Source: Polyangiales bacterium (GTDB lineage: Bacteria > Myxococcota_A > Polyangia > Polyangiales > Polyangiaceae). From it: a stretch of DNA of 64,000 nt. The DNA is taken from the NCBI GenBank assembly GCA_038209335.1, contig JBBQXV010000002.1:18880-82879 (forward strand), read 5' to 3'. Below the pieces are notes generated by a model. The model made no database searches, was not told the DNA's origin, and saw only the letters and a list, made by a program, of their open reading frames with translations. Shown here piece by piece: positions 38,387 to 48,172 of this stretch (position 1 is the stretch's first letter; every line of letters starts with the position of its first letter). A program made the position numbers and the translations under genes.

Positions 38387-41300
38387 ATGACCGAGCCCGT
38401 CGTGCGTCCACTGCCGAGCGATCCGCTTCGGCTCGTGGGCAGCATCTTCGAGCGGAAATATCGCATCGATCGCTTCGTCGCCGAAGGGGGCTTCGGTCTC
38501 GTGTACGCGGGGCGCCACCTCGAGCTCGGCGTTCCCGTCGCGCTCAAGGTTCTCCGCCCCGCGCTGCGCGCCGAGCGCGACGACTGGGCCGATCTCATCT
38601 TTCAGTTTCGCGAAGAGGCGATCGCGCTGATGCGTTTGCGTCGCTCGAACGTGGTGGCCGTGCTCGACTCCGGAATCGCGCACATCGAGGATCACCTCGG
38701 CGGGGTGCCGTGGATGGCGCTCGAGTGGCTCGATGGCGAGACGCTGCGCGATCACCTCGCGCGACGACGCAACGAGGACGGCGTTTCTCCGTCTGCGTGC
38801 CTTGCCCTCTTGCGACCGGTGCTCGAGGCCATCGCGGACGCGCACGACATCGGGATCGCGCACCGAGACATCAAGCCGAGCAACATCATGCTCGTGCCGA
38901 CGACGGGGGGAGTGTCGCCGCGCGTCCTCGACTTCGGCATCGCGAAGATGATGGCGCCGGACGCAGAGACGATCCCGTCGACCGGCGAGACGGCGAGCGA
39001 TTCGGCGACGCATGTCTTCACCGCAAGGAGCGCCGCTCCGGAGCAACTCTCCGGGGCGCGAACCGGCCCCTGGACGGACGTGTATGCACTCGCGCTCTTG
39101 TTGACCGAGGTGCTGACGGACAAGCCACCCGTCACGTCCGAAGAGACGAACGAACGCTACCGCGACGTCTTCGCGGAAGCGCGACCGACGCCGGCGCGCG
39201 TGGGGATCGACGTCGGCGCGTGGGAAGCGGTCCTCGCGCGCGCTCTATCGGTGCGGCCGGCGGATCGACATCGCAACGCGCGCGAGCTGTTGGGCGATCT
39301 CGAACGCGCGCTTCATGCATCGCCCGACGCCGTCACGGGAGAACCTACCAGCGCGACGGCGCGGCGCCCGACGTTGCGTGCCGCGCCCGGGGCGCGCGCT
39401 CCCCGCGGACTTCGCGCGGTGATGCGACGAGGCGTGCTGGTCGCCGCGGTCGCGGGCGTCGCGATCGCGTCGGGCGTGATCGGGACGCGCGCGTGGCGAG
39501 CGGGTAACGAGCCGCCGAGTCTCATGAGCGCCGCGCGCCCGCTCGTGCTCGTGTCGCCGATCCACCTGCAGACGGACGAGACCGGCCGGCGCCTCGCGCG
39601 GACGTTCGCCGAGCTCCTGTCGGAGCAGCTTCGCATCGGCGACGCCATGCGGATCCCGGCGTCGGATGCCCGCCAGGCGATCCTCGACGCGAGCGGGCTC
39701 GATGCGGCGGCGCCACAGATACCCGCGTCGGTGCTCGCGCGCATGCACGCTTCGGCGGGAGCGGACGTCGTCGTCGCCGCCGATCTCGCTTCGGATGGGC
39801 GCGCGCTCGTCGCCGACATCACGATCTACGATGCCGCAGGCGGAGCGTCTCTCGGTCGGATATCGCTTCACGGTGACGCGAGCGACCTGAACGCTCTCGT
39901 GCGTGAAGGAGGTGCGCGCGTGCGTCGAGGTCTCGGGCGACCGAAGCTCTCGCTCGAGGACGAGGCGGCGCTGCAGACCTCGCTCCCCGCAAGCGCCGAC
40001 GCAGCGCTCGCCTACGTCGAGGGACTCGACGCGCGTCGAGCCTTTCGTCATCGCGATGCGGCGGCGCGCTTCGAGAAGGCGATCGAGCTCGCTCCGGGGT
40101 TCGCGCCCGCGCACGCGGCGCTCGCTCTGGCGCTCCTGCGACTCGGGGAACAGACGCGCGCTCGCGAAGTGGCCGACCGCGCCGTCGAGCTCGCCGCGTC
40201 GATGTCGCGCAGCGAGGAGCTCGCCGCGACCGCGCTTCGCGCCGAGACGCGCGACGACTGGAGCGCCGCGACGGAGAGCTATCGCGCCCTCGTACAGTTC
40301 TATCCCGATCGGATCGACTACGTGACCTCGCTCGCTCGCGCGCTCGTGGGGGTGGGCAACGCCGCGGAGGCGATCACCGTGCTCGACGCGGCGAAGCAGC
40401 GTCCGCACAGCGACTGGGATCTCGTGCGGATCGATCTCGTCGCGTCGTTTGCCCACGCGCGCCGATCGGAGGATGCGGCGTCGCTCGACGACGCGCGGGA
40501 GGCGGAGCAGATCGCCGATCGCATCGGCGCGCGCGTGGCCTCGGCCGATGCGGTCCTCGCGCAAGCGCATGCGCATCGCCGCGCCGGACGACTCGACGAG
40601 GCCGAGTCGCTCTTTCTGCGCGCGCGTGAGGTTTACGTCGACGTCAAAGACGACGACAACATCCTCAACTGCGACGCGGGCTCCGAGGAGATCGCGGCGA
40701 TGCGCGGCGACTACGAGCGCGCCTTCGCCCTCGGCGAGCGACTCATCGCCGCGCACAAGGCGAGTGGAAATGCGTACCGCGCAGCGCGCGAGATGGTTTC
40801 GTTGTGCCTCATCCAGGCGGCCGCGGGGCACCTGACGCGCGCGCGCGAGCTTTGCGACGAAGGGGGACAGCTGTTCATCGCGGCTCACGATCGCGAGGGC
40901 GAGGGTTTCCGTTTGGTCAACCTGGCGGAGCTCGATCGTGCCCTCGGGCGACTCGAGGGGAGCGCGGATGCGATCGCCCGCGGTCGCGCGTTGCTCGTGT
41001 CCGTCGGGCTGCGCGCGGGGATCGCGTACGCGGATGCGGCGGCGGCGCGCCTCGCTGCGGCGCACGGCGACGCGGCGACGGCGGAGGCGACGTTCGAGAT
41101 CGCGTATGCCGAAGCGACGGCCGCCGGAGACGCCGCGCTCCTCGCCGAGGTCGCGCTCGATCGCGCCTCGCTCGCGTTCGATCGGGCGAGTCCGACCGAG
41201 CCATTGCGCTTCGACGATGCCACGAAGGCCGTCGCCGCGGCGAACGACGCCAGGCTCACCGCGCTGCTCGACATCCACACGGCGCGGCGCGCGAGCGTCG

Positions 41301-41776
41301 CCGGTGACGTGACGACCGCGCGACGGTTCGCACGATCCGCAGAAGATCGGGCGCGTGCTTCGCACACCTCCGACGCGATGGCGCTCGCGCTCGCCATGGT
41401 CCTCGACGCATTTCCGTCCGGAGAGTCTGCCGCTCCGCAAGGCGCTCCGACCCTCTCGCCCGAGGAGCGAGAGGCGCGTCGCATCGAGCTCGCGTCGCGC
41501 GTCGAAGAGCTCGAAGCCGTCGGCGCGGCCGTCGCCGGATTGGTTTCGCTGAGCCGAGCGTCGCGCGGAGACGACGCCGTCAAGCTCGCGTCGCGCGCGG
41601 TGACGATCGCGACCAAACACGGGCTCGTGGTCGTCGAGCTCGTCGCGCGACACGAGCTCGCACGTGCGCGCGGCGCGGCCGGCGGGGCGGATGCGACGGA
41701 CGCGGAGCGAAAACTTGCGAAGCTCGGGTGGCCCGGTGCGTCGCGAAGCGGCGCGCCTCCGCGACGTCATCGGTGA
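38387..41776 (+). CDS. Ser/Thr protein kinase with a TM segment and a large C-terminal TPR-like helical repeat domain
   Basis: GGFGLVYAG, VALK, HRDIKPSN, DFG and APE kinase subdomains are present. A TM helix (VLVAAVAGVAIASGVIG) follows. About 750 Ala/Leu-rich residues after that resemble TPR or tetratricopeptide-like repeats. The gene starts 8 nt after the MoaD-like stop. Confidence 0.85.
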   Translation: MTEPVVRPLPSDPLRLVGSIFERKYRIDRFVAEGGFGLVYAGRHLELGVPVALKVLRPALRAERDDWADLIFQFREEAIALMRLRRSNVVAVLDSGIAHIEDHLGGVPWMALEWLDGETLRDHLARRRNEDGVSPSACLALLRPVLEAIADAHDIGIAHRDIKPSNIMLVPTTGGVSPRVLDFGIAKMMAPDAETIPSTGETASDSATHVFTARSAAPEQLSGARTGPWTDVYALALLLTEVLTDKPPVTSEETNERYRDVFAEARPTPARVGIDVGAWEAVLARALSVRPADRHRNARELLGDLERALHASPDAVTGEPTSATARRPTLRAAPGARAPRGLRAVMRRGVLVAAVAGVAIASGVIGTRAWRAGNEPPSLMSAARPLVLVSPIHLQTDETGRRLARTFAELLSEQLRIGDAMRIPASDARQAILDASGLDAAAPQIPASVLARMHASAGADVVVAADLASDGRALVADITIYDAAGGASLGRISLHGDASDLNALVREGGARVRRGLGRPKLSLEDEAALQTSLPASADAALAYVEGLDARRAFRHRDAAARFEKAIELAPGFAPAHAALALALLRLGEQTRAREVADRAVELAASMSRSEELAATALRAETRDDWSAATESYRALVQFYPDRIDYVTSLARALVGVGNAAEAITVLDAAKQRPHSDWDLVRIDLVASFAHARRSEDAASLDDAREAEQIADRIGARVASADAVLAQAHAHRRAGRLDEAESLFLRAREVYVDVKDDDNILNCDAGSEEIAAMRGDYERAFALGERLIAAHKASGNAYRAAREMVSLCLIQAAAGHLTRARELCDEGGQLFIAAHDREGEGFRLVNLAELDRALGRLEGSADAIARGRALLVSVGLRAGIAYADAAAARLAAAHGDAATAEATFEIAYAEATAAGDAALLAEVALDRASLAFDRASPTEPLRFDDATKAVAAANDARLTALLDIHTARRASVAGDVTTARRFARSAEDRARASHTSDAMALALAMVLDAFPSGESAAPQGAPTLSPEEREARRIELASRVEELEAVGAAVAGLVSLSRASRGDDAVKLASRAVTIATKHGLVVVELVARHELARARGAAGGADATDAERKLAKLGWPGASRSGAPPRRHR

Positions 41777-41846
41777 TCGTCGTGGCGAGGAATAGGTCGG
41801 ATGACCTATTTTGGAGATCCGTGTGCTACGCCTCCGCGCGAAGCCG

Positions 41847-43391
41847 ATGCGCGCGCCGCTGGTTCTTTTCGCCCTCGCGACCCTCGTCGCTTGCTCCAAG
41901 CGCGATGCTGCGTCTTCCGACGCGGGCGGCGGTGCGTCGGTCGCGGCTTCGGCATCCGCGTCGGCGTCCGCGGCGTCGTCCGTCACGGCACCTGCCAGCG
42001 ATCCACGCTTCCCGTCGCGCATCGTCGCGCTCGCGTGGGAGACGAAGGTCTATTCGAAGGCGGGCGACGCGAGCAAAGTGCTCGGGTACCTGCGCGCCGG
42101 CGCGGTCGTTCCCGCGGCGTCCGCACCGACCGCATCGTGCACCGGCGGGAGCTGGTACGCGATCGCGCCGTACGGCTACGTCTGCACCGAAGCGTCGAAC
42201 GCGACGACGAACGCGAACCACGATCTTGCGCGCGCGCTCTCGCGTCGCGCGGATCCGAACGAGCGCCTCCCGTACATGTACGGCGTCGTTCGTCGCCCGG
42301 GTCCGCTCTACGGGCGACTCCCGACGCGCGTCGAAGCGGCCGCGGCCGAGGTCGATCTCGAAGCGCGCATCAAAGACTGGCTCGCCGCGACGAGCGAGGA
42401 CGGCGCCGCGTTTCGCACCGACTACTGGATGCGCGGCAAAGGGCGCCCCGCGCCGCCGCCGTCGACGTTGTGGGAGGCGAAGACGAACGAGGACATCCCC
42501 TTTTACTTGGAGAATGCACGCTTCCCGTTCGACGTCTCCGGAACCAACAAAGGCAGCGCGGTCGTCATCGGCGCGACGAAGAACCACAACGGCCTCGCGC
42601 TCGTCGACACCGCCGTCTTCGAAGGACGACGCTACGGCATCACCAGCGATCTGCTCGTCTTCCCGGTCGACCGCATGCGTCCGATCGAAGGGTCGGCGTT
42701 CAAAGGCGTGAAGATCCCCGAGGACATCGATTTCCCGTTCGCGATCGTTCGTCGCGAAGGATGCGAGATGTTCAAGTACGAGAACCATCGCCTGACGAAA
42801 GTGAAAGACGTCGCGCGCCGCGCGATCATCAAGCTCACGGGCCACAAGAGCTTCTTTCACGGCAAGATGCACTACGCGACCGCCGACGGGATGTACGTCC
42901 CCGACTCGCACGCGTCGTTCTTCGATCGCGTGAAGAAGATGCCCAAGTGGGCAAAGGGGACGGGCGGGCACTGGATCGACGTGAGCATCGGAAAGCAGAC
43001 GCTCGTCGCATACGAAGGCGAGCGCGCGGTGTTCGCGACGTTGGTGTCGTCGGGCGAGGCGGGGCTCGAAGATCCCGAGACGTCGAAGTCGACGAAGACC
43101 GGCGTCTTTCGGATTCACACGAAGCACATGACGACGACGATGGCGTCGAACATCGTCGGCGAAGAGTTCGAGCTGAAGGACATCCCGTACGTTCAATATT
43201 TCGAAGCGGGGTATGCGCTGCACGCGGCGTATTGGCACGACGACTTCGGGACGCCGCGCAGCCACGGGTGCATCAACATGTCGCCCGAGGACGCGAAGTG
43301 GCTCTTTCAGTGGACCGAGCCGGCGCTGCCGCCGGGGTGGCATTCGGTGCGGAAGGCGCTCACGGGATCGACGGTGTTCGTGCACCCGTGA
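41847..43391 (+). CDS. L,D-transpeptidase (YkuD domain) lipoprotein
   Basis: MRAPLVLFALATLVAC|S is a lipobox. The catalytic motif is HGCINMSPEDAKWLF. It also has an N-terminal SH3b-like region. Confidence 0.8.
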   Translation: MRAPLVLFALATLVACSKRDAASSDAGGGASVAASASASASAASSVTAPASDPRFPSRIVALAWETKVYSKAGDASKVLGYLRAGAVVPAASAPTASCTGGSWYAIAPYGYVCTEASNATTNANHDLARALSRRADPNERLPYMYGVVRRPGPLYGRLPTRVEAAAAEVDLEARIKDWLAATSEDGAAFRTDYWMRGKGRPAPPPSTLWEAKTNEDIPFYLENARFPFDVSGTNKGSAVVIGATKNHNGLALVDTAVFEGRRYGITSDLLVFPVDRMRPIEGSAFKGVKIPEDIDFPFAIVRREGCEMFKYENHRLTKVKDVARRAIIKLTGHKSFFHGKMHYATADGMYVPDSHASFFDRVKKMPKWAKGTGGHWIDVSIGKQTLVAYEGERAVFATLVSSGEAGLEDPETSKSTKTGVFRIHTKHMTTTMASNIVGEEFELKDIPYVQYFEAGYALHAAYWHDDFGTPRSHGCINMSPEDAKWLFQWTEPALPPGWHSVRKALTGSTVFVHP

Positions 43392-43404
43392 GCGTGGCGG
43401 CTCG

Positions 43405-44334
43405 CTAAGGCGTCGCGTCCGTCGTCGAGGCCGGCTGTTTCGCCATCCCGAGCTGCGCGACGCCGAGCAAGACGAACGCCGTGCCGATCGCTTGGAGCGC
43501 GCCGAAGCTCTCATCGAGAAATACGCGCGCGAGGACGATCGTCGCGACGGGGCCGACGGACGTGACGATCGCCGTGCGGCTCGCGCCGATCCGCCGCATG
43601 CCTTGTGCGACGAGGAATATGGGAATCACCGTTGAGAGGACCGCGATCGCGGCGGCATGCCAGAGCACCGGGATGGGAACGCGCAGCGCCGAGAGCGGGC
43701 GCGTCGCTGCGAAGTGCGCGAGGATGGCGACGCACGACACCGTCGCGGCTTGCGCGACCAAGCGATTCGCGCCGAACCGCGCGATGAGCCGTCCGCTTCC
43801 GACGAGGTAGATCGCGTACGCGACGGCGCTGATGCCGATGAGCGTGACGCCTCGGCGGATGTCGTGCCCTGCGGCGATCCGCTCGCCACCGAACGCGAAG
43901 ACGACGCCGACGTAGCTCATCGCGAGCGCGATGATCTCGCGCCGCGTGATGCGATGCTTGAAGAAGACGGCGGAGATGAGCACGGCGAACGTCGGGTAGG
44001 TGAAGAGGACGAGGCGCTCGAGCCCCGCGCTCACGTACGCGAGGCCGAGGAAGTCGAGGTAGCTCGCGAGGTAGTGCCCGAAGAGCCCGAGCACGCCGAC
44101 GATGACGTAGTCGCGTGCGGGCGTGACGCGGCGTTCGCGTCGCGCGCGGCGCTCTTCGACGATCGACAGCGCGAGGAACACCGGCAGCGACATCATCATC
44201 CGGAGCGCCAGCAGTGTGAGCGCGTCGACGCCGTACGGGTAGGCGAGCTTCACGAAGATCGCCTTCGTCGACGAGAGAATCGCCGCGACGAGGACGAGCG
44301 CAAGGCCGGTCACGTTCGGGTAGTCTCGTCGCAT
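43405..44334 (-). CDS. EamA/DMT-family transporter
   Basis: Ten TM helices as two EamA repeats. The ATG at 44332-44334 (MRRDYPNVTGLALVLVAAILSS) is in frame with track ORF 43405-44808. Confidence 0.8.
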   Translation of the reverse strand: MRRDYPNVTGLALVLVAAILSSTKAIFVKLAYPYGVDALTLLALRMMMSLPVFLALSIVEERRARRERRVTPARDYVIVGVLGLFGHYLASYLDFLGLAYVSAGLERLVLFTYPTFAVLISAVFFKHRITRREIIALAMSYVGVVFAFGGERIAAGHDIRRGVTLIGISAVAYAIYLVGSGRLIARFGANRLVAQAATVSCVAILAHFAATRPLSALRVPIPVLWHAAAIAVLSTVIPIFLVAQGMRRIGASRTAIVTSVGPVATIVLARVFLDESFGALQAIGTAFVLLGVAQLGMAKQPASTTDATP

Positions 44335-44341
44335 GCGCTCG

Positions 44342-45118
44342 ATGATTCGTAGCGGGGGTCTGCTGGTCGCTTTGCTCGTGATGCCGGCGCTCGTCGCGTG
44401 CGGCGTGCCCGAGGCGAAGTACCAGATGGCGGTGAACGACGCGAGCGGCGCGAAGTCGGATCTCGCGAAGTGCCAGGAAGGGATGAAGCGCATCCCGGAT
44501 CTCGAGTCGCAGATCAAACAGTTGAACGACGATCTCGCCGTCGCGCGCGGGCGGGCGCAGACCGACGACGAGAAGGCCGAGCTCGAAGAGCTTCGCAAGG
44601 CGAAGGCCGAGGCCGAGGTGCGCGCGAAGCTCCTCGACGACTTCGTCAAAAAGTTCAAGGCGATGATCGACGCCGGCAAGCTGAAGATCGTCGTGCGCCG
44701 CGGTCGCCTCGTCCTCGTGTTGAAGAGCGAGGTGCTGTTCAACGGGGGATCGGCGGAGATTCGTCCGCAAGGGAAGGCGACGCTCACCGAGATCGCCGCG
44801 ACGCTCAAGACCGTGAGCGGGCGGCGGTTCCAGATCGCGGGTCACACCGACGTCATTCCGATCAAGACGAAGGAGTTTCCCTCGAACTGGGAGCTGTCGA
44901 CCGCGCGCGCGATGGAAGTGCTCAAGCTCCTCCTCGTGCAGGGCGTGCCGCCGCAGAACCTCTCTGCCGCCGGCTTCGGTCCGTACGATCCGGTGGCGAA
45001 CAACAACAGCGCGTACGGTCAGGCGCTCAATCGCCGGATCGAAATCACGCTCCTCCCGAACATGGAGGACCTCGCGAAGCTCCCTGAGTTCAAGGACGAC
45101 AAGCCCGAGAAGAAGTAG
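44342..45118 (+). CDS. OmpA/MotB-family peptidoglycan-binding lipoprotein with a coiled-coil
   Basis: MIRSGGLLVALLVMPALVAC|G is a lipobox. A coiled-coil segment is followed by a C-terminal OmpA-like domain (..FNGGSAEIRPQGKATLTEIA..IAGHTDV..SNWELSTARA..NRRIEI). An alternative ATG lies at 44333. Confidence 0.75.
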   Translation: MIRSGGLLVALLVMPALVACGVPEAKYQMAVNDASGAKSDLAKCQEGMKRIPDLESQIKQLNDDLAVARGRAQTDDEKAELEELRKAKAEAEVRAKLLDDFVKKFKAMIDAGKLKIVVRRGRLVLVLKSEVLFNGGSAEIRPQGKATLTEIAATLKTVSGRRFQIAGHTDVIPIKTKEFPSNWELSTARAMEVLKLLLVQGVPPQNLSAAGFGPYDPVANNNSAYGQALNRRIEITLLPNMEDLAKLPEFKDDKPEKK

Positions 45119-45132
45119 CAATGCCGCGCGGC

Positions 45133-46080
45133 TCACTCTTCGCCGCGCAGCCGCAATCGCCAAATGTGGAAGTGCCCGCCGACGTTGGCGTGAAAGTAGA
45201 GGACGCCGTCCGGACCCCACGCGGGACGGCATGCGTCCGAGTCGCCTTCCGTGAGCTGACGAAGCCCGCTTCCGTCCGGACTGACGACAAAGAGGTTCGC
45301 GTTGCGCGCTATGCCGTGCGACACGGGCGCCGAGCAGAACGCGATCGTGGATCCGTCCGGCGACCACGCGGGCTGCGCGTCGTCGTCGGCGCCTTCGGTC
45401 AGTTGGAGCGCGGGCGCACCGCGGGTCGCGTTCGCGACGAAGAGGTGCGCGCGTCCGCTGACGGGACGCACGAACGCGAGGCGCTTCCCGTCGGGGCTCC
45501 ACGTCGGTTCGGCGCCCGCGCCGACGGCGATCGTGCCGGTGCCGCGCACCTCCATGAGGGCGAGCGCGGGATCGAAGCGCGAGCCTTGGCGGAGATGCGT
45601 CATGTAGACGTGCGCGTTGCCCATCGACACCGCGACCCAACGTCCGTCCGGCGACACCGCGGGCCATCCGGCGCCGAAGAGCGGATGGCCCACCGGCGCC
45701 GCGAACGCCGACGCCGCGCCCGCGCCAAACGTCTGGACGATCTCCGTCGTCGTCTTCTCCGTGCGCGACACGCAGACGAGGCCTCCCGCGCCGGGCATCC
45801 ACGACGGCTCGGTCGATCGATCCGCGACCGCGCGCGCCACGCCGCCGCTCGCGAGCGAGAGGACCTCGACGTGCGGCGGATCGCCCGGACGCGCCACCGA
45901 TTCGTATGCGAGCGCGCTCCCGTCGCGCGCGATCGCGGGACGGCGTTCGTCCGCCGCTCCGCGCGTGACCTGCGCGAGCGCGGTCGCGCCGTCGGTCATC
46001 TGAAGTCCGGTCTTCATCTGCGGACCGCACGCGACGAGCGCGGGGCCGAGCATGGCGAGCGCGAGAGGAAGAGTTCGCAT
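45133..46080 (-). CDS. TolB-like WD40/PD40 beta-propeller lipoprotein
   Basis: MRTLPLALAMLGPALVAC|G is a lipobox. Repeated PD40 motifs are present (PAIARDGSALAY, PAVSPDGRWVAV, PTWSPDGKRLAF, PAWSPDGSTIAF, VVSPDGSGLRQ, PAWGPDG). Confidence 0.75.
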   Translation of the reverse strand: MRTLPLALAMLGPALVACGPQMKTGLQMTDGATALAQVTRGAADERRPAIARDGSALAYESVARPGDPPHVEVLSLASGGVARAVADRSTEPSWMPGAGGLVCVSRTEKTTTEIVQTFGAGAASAFAAPVGHPLFGAGWPAVSPDGRWVAVSMGNAHVYMTHLRQGSRFDPALALMEVRGTGTIAVGAGAEPTWSPDGKRLAFVRPVSGRAHLFVANATRGAPALQLTEGADDDAQPAWSPDGSTIAFCSAPVSHGIARNANLFVVSPDGSGLRQLTEGDSDACRPAWGPDGVLYFHANVGGHFHIWRLRLRGEE

Positions 46081-46298
46081 GCGAACCTGCTACGCAGATT
46101 TCGTTCCTCGTCGTTTCTGCTCGAACGACGCGCGATTCACGGGGCTCGCGCGCACGGGACGATCTGTCGCTGCGAACGGACGCCGCAGCGTTCGATCCTT
46201 CGACGGGATTGACAGTCCCTCTTTCGTGAGTGGCTACTATCGAAAGTTGCCAATTGCGACGAAAGCGATCGTGGATCGTCGCTTGCTATGTGGCGAGC

Positions 46299-46838
46299 AT
46301 GCGAATGCACGCGCTCCTGGCGGTCCCGCTCGTCGTCGTGATGGCATGTGCTTCGGCGCATACGCCGTCGCGCACGGTGAAGCTCCTCGTGTCCGCCGGC
46401 ATCCCGTACACCGAGACGCCCGCGGCAGGCACGCCGCTCGAGGTCGTCACGCGCAGCACGGCGGTGCGCGATCCGCTCCCGGTCGACGGCGCCGACATCG
46501 CGTACGGCGACATGGAAGCGGCGCTCGGCTTCGCGATCGCTTCTGCGACCGTGCCGTGGGCGTCGACGCACAAAGCGCAGCGCCCCGAAGGCTGGCAGCT
46601 CTTCGTCGAGATCATCCAAGCCGAGGCGCAGTACACGCCCGAGCATCGGCTCGTCGTGACCTTTGGAGCGCGCGCGACGTTGCGCACGCGCACCGGTCAC
46701 TTCTATCTCGCGCAGACCCACGCGGCGTGTCGGCAGGGCGGCGTCATCGACGTCGAGCACGGCGGCACCGTCGTCTACGCCTGCATGATGAGAATTGGCC
46801 GCGATCTCGCGGACTGGCTCGGAGGCATCGAGGCATAA
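46299..46838 (+). CDS. Lipoprotein, hypothetical
   Basis: MRMHALLAVPLVVVMAC|AS is a lipobox. The protein is about 180 aa with normal composition. Confidence 0.5.
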   Translation: MRMHALLAVPLVVVMACASAHTPSRTVKLLVSAGIPYTETPAAGTPLEVVTRSTAVRDPLPVDGADIAYGDMEAALGFAIASATVPWASTHKAQRPEGWQLFVEIIQAEAQYTPEHRLVVTFGARATLRTRTGHFYLAQTHAACRQGGVIDVEHGGTVVYACMMRIGRDLADWLGGIEA

Positions 46839-46863
46839 CCCATTTTCGGTAAAGAGGTCTCTC

Positions 46864-48102
46864 ATGCGAATGGCAAGAATCGCCGGCGCTCTGTCAATGT
46901 GCGTCGCAGTCGGTATGTTGAGCGGCTGTGCGAGCTCGCTCGTCGAGCCCGGACACCGCGGGCTCCTTTTCGATCCGAAGAACGGCGGCCTTCAGCAAGA
47001 GGTGCTGCGCCCGGGTCACTATCGTCACGGGCTCTGCATCATCGGGCCGTGTCCGCGCGTCGACGACTTCGACGTCACGTATTCGCGGCGACGCGAAGAC
47101 ATCCACACGACGTCCCAAGAAGGCCTCGCGCTGGATCTCACGCTGACGGTCGTCTATCGGCCAATCGTCGCCGAGCTCTACCAGCTCGATACCGAAATCG
47201 GACCGAACTACTACGACGAGGTCGTCGGTCCCGAGTTCCGCAGCACGGCGCGCGGCGTCTTCGCGCGGCACTCGTACCTCGAGCTGCAGAAGAGCAACGA
47301 GAAGATCGAGAACGAGATCGAAGCGGAGCTGCGGCGGCGAATCGCGGGGCGTCACGTCGAAGTGTCGTCGGTGCTCCTCGAGAAGGTCGGGTACGCGCCG
47401 GAGATCGCGCTGGCAGTGCGCGCGCGGCTCGTCGGGCAAGAAGAGGCGGCGCGCCTGAAGGCGGCCCAAGAGAACGAGGCCGCGCGCAAGCGACGCGAGA
47501 TCGAGATCCGCGCGGAGCAGGAGAAGCTCGCCGCCGAAGCGACCGCCGCGCAACAGAAGCTCGTGCTCGAACAGGACGCGCTCCACAAGAAGCTCGCACT
47601 CGAAGCGGCGTCGGCGCAGAAGCGTCTCGTGCTCGAACAAGAGGCGGCGCAAGAGCAAGCGCGTATCGATCTCGATTTGAAGCGCAAGACGAGCGAGCTC
47701 GAGCTCGCGAAGCAGCAAGCGCAGATCGATCGCCTTCAAGCCGAGGCGCGGCTCGCGCAAGCGAAGGCCGACGCGCAGGCACGCATCGCGCTTGCGAGGG
47801 CGCAAGCGGACGAGACGCGCGCGGCGGCGGCGGGCATCACGCCGATGCACGTGATGATGCATGCGTACGACGCGCTCGGAAAACTGGGCGGTACGGGAAC
47901 GACGATCATGCTCGGCGATTGGTCGAAGGTGCCGAGCTTCCTCTTTCCGCCGGGGATGATGGGAGGCGCGTATTCGCTCCCGTGGGTGCCATTCGCGCCT
48001 CGCGTTCCGCATCCGTCCGCCGCGGCGCCGTCCCCGCCGTCACCGAATGGTAACGACGTCTACGGTACGAGCGCCGCGCCGCCGCCTCCCGCGAAGCGCT
48101 GA
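46864..48102 (+). CDS. SPFH/band-7 (HflK/C- or prohibitin-like) lipoprotein with a long coiled-coil
   Basis: A signal sequence plus lipobox (MLSGC|AS), an SPFH core, then a long EAARLKAAQENEAARKRREIE... coiled-coil and a Pro-rich tail. Confidence 0.8.
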   Translation: MRMARIAGALSMCVAVGMLSGCASSLVEPGHRGLLFDPKNGGLQQEVLRPGHYRHGLCIIGPCPRVDDFDVTYSRRREDIHTTSQEGLALDLTLTVVYRPIVAELYQLDTEIGPNYYDEVVGPEFRSTARGVFARHSYLELQKSNEKIENEIEAELRRRIAGRHVEVSSVLLEKVGYAPEIALAVRARLVGQEEAARLKAAQENEAARKRREIEIRAEQEKLAAEATAAQQKLVLEQDALHKKLALEAASAQKRLVLEQEAAQEQARIDLDLKRKTSELELAKQQAQIDRLQAEARLAQAKADAQARIALARAQADETRAAAAGITPMHVMMHAYDALGKLGGTGTTIMLGDWSKVPSFLFPPGMMGGAYSLPWVPFAPRVPHPSAAAPSPPSPNGNDVYGTSAAPPPPAKR

Positions 48103-48172
48103 GATCCGAATCGACCGCGCACCGGCGCGTGAGCGTTGACCCGCCGCGCCGAGGATCCTTACGCTGAAGATC

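Noticed and set aside
41826-46030. Long minus-strand ORFs (41826-43514 and 43511-46030)
   Set aside because: They are antisense or off-frame to the L,D-transpeptidase, EamA, OmpA-like and TolB-like genes. Their translations are Arg-rich without motifs.
48103-48172. The GC hairpin CGCGCaccgGCGCG after the SPFH gene as an intrinsic terminator
   Set aside because: It has a short 5-bp stem and is not followed by a T-run, so support is insufficient.
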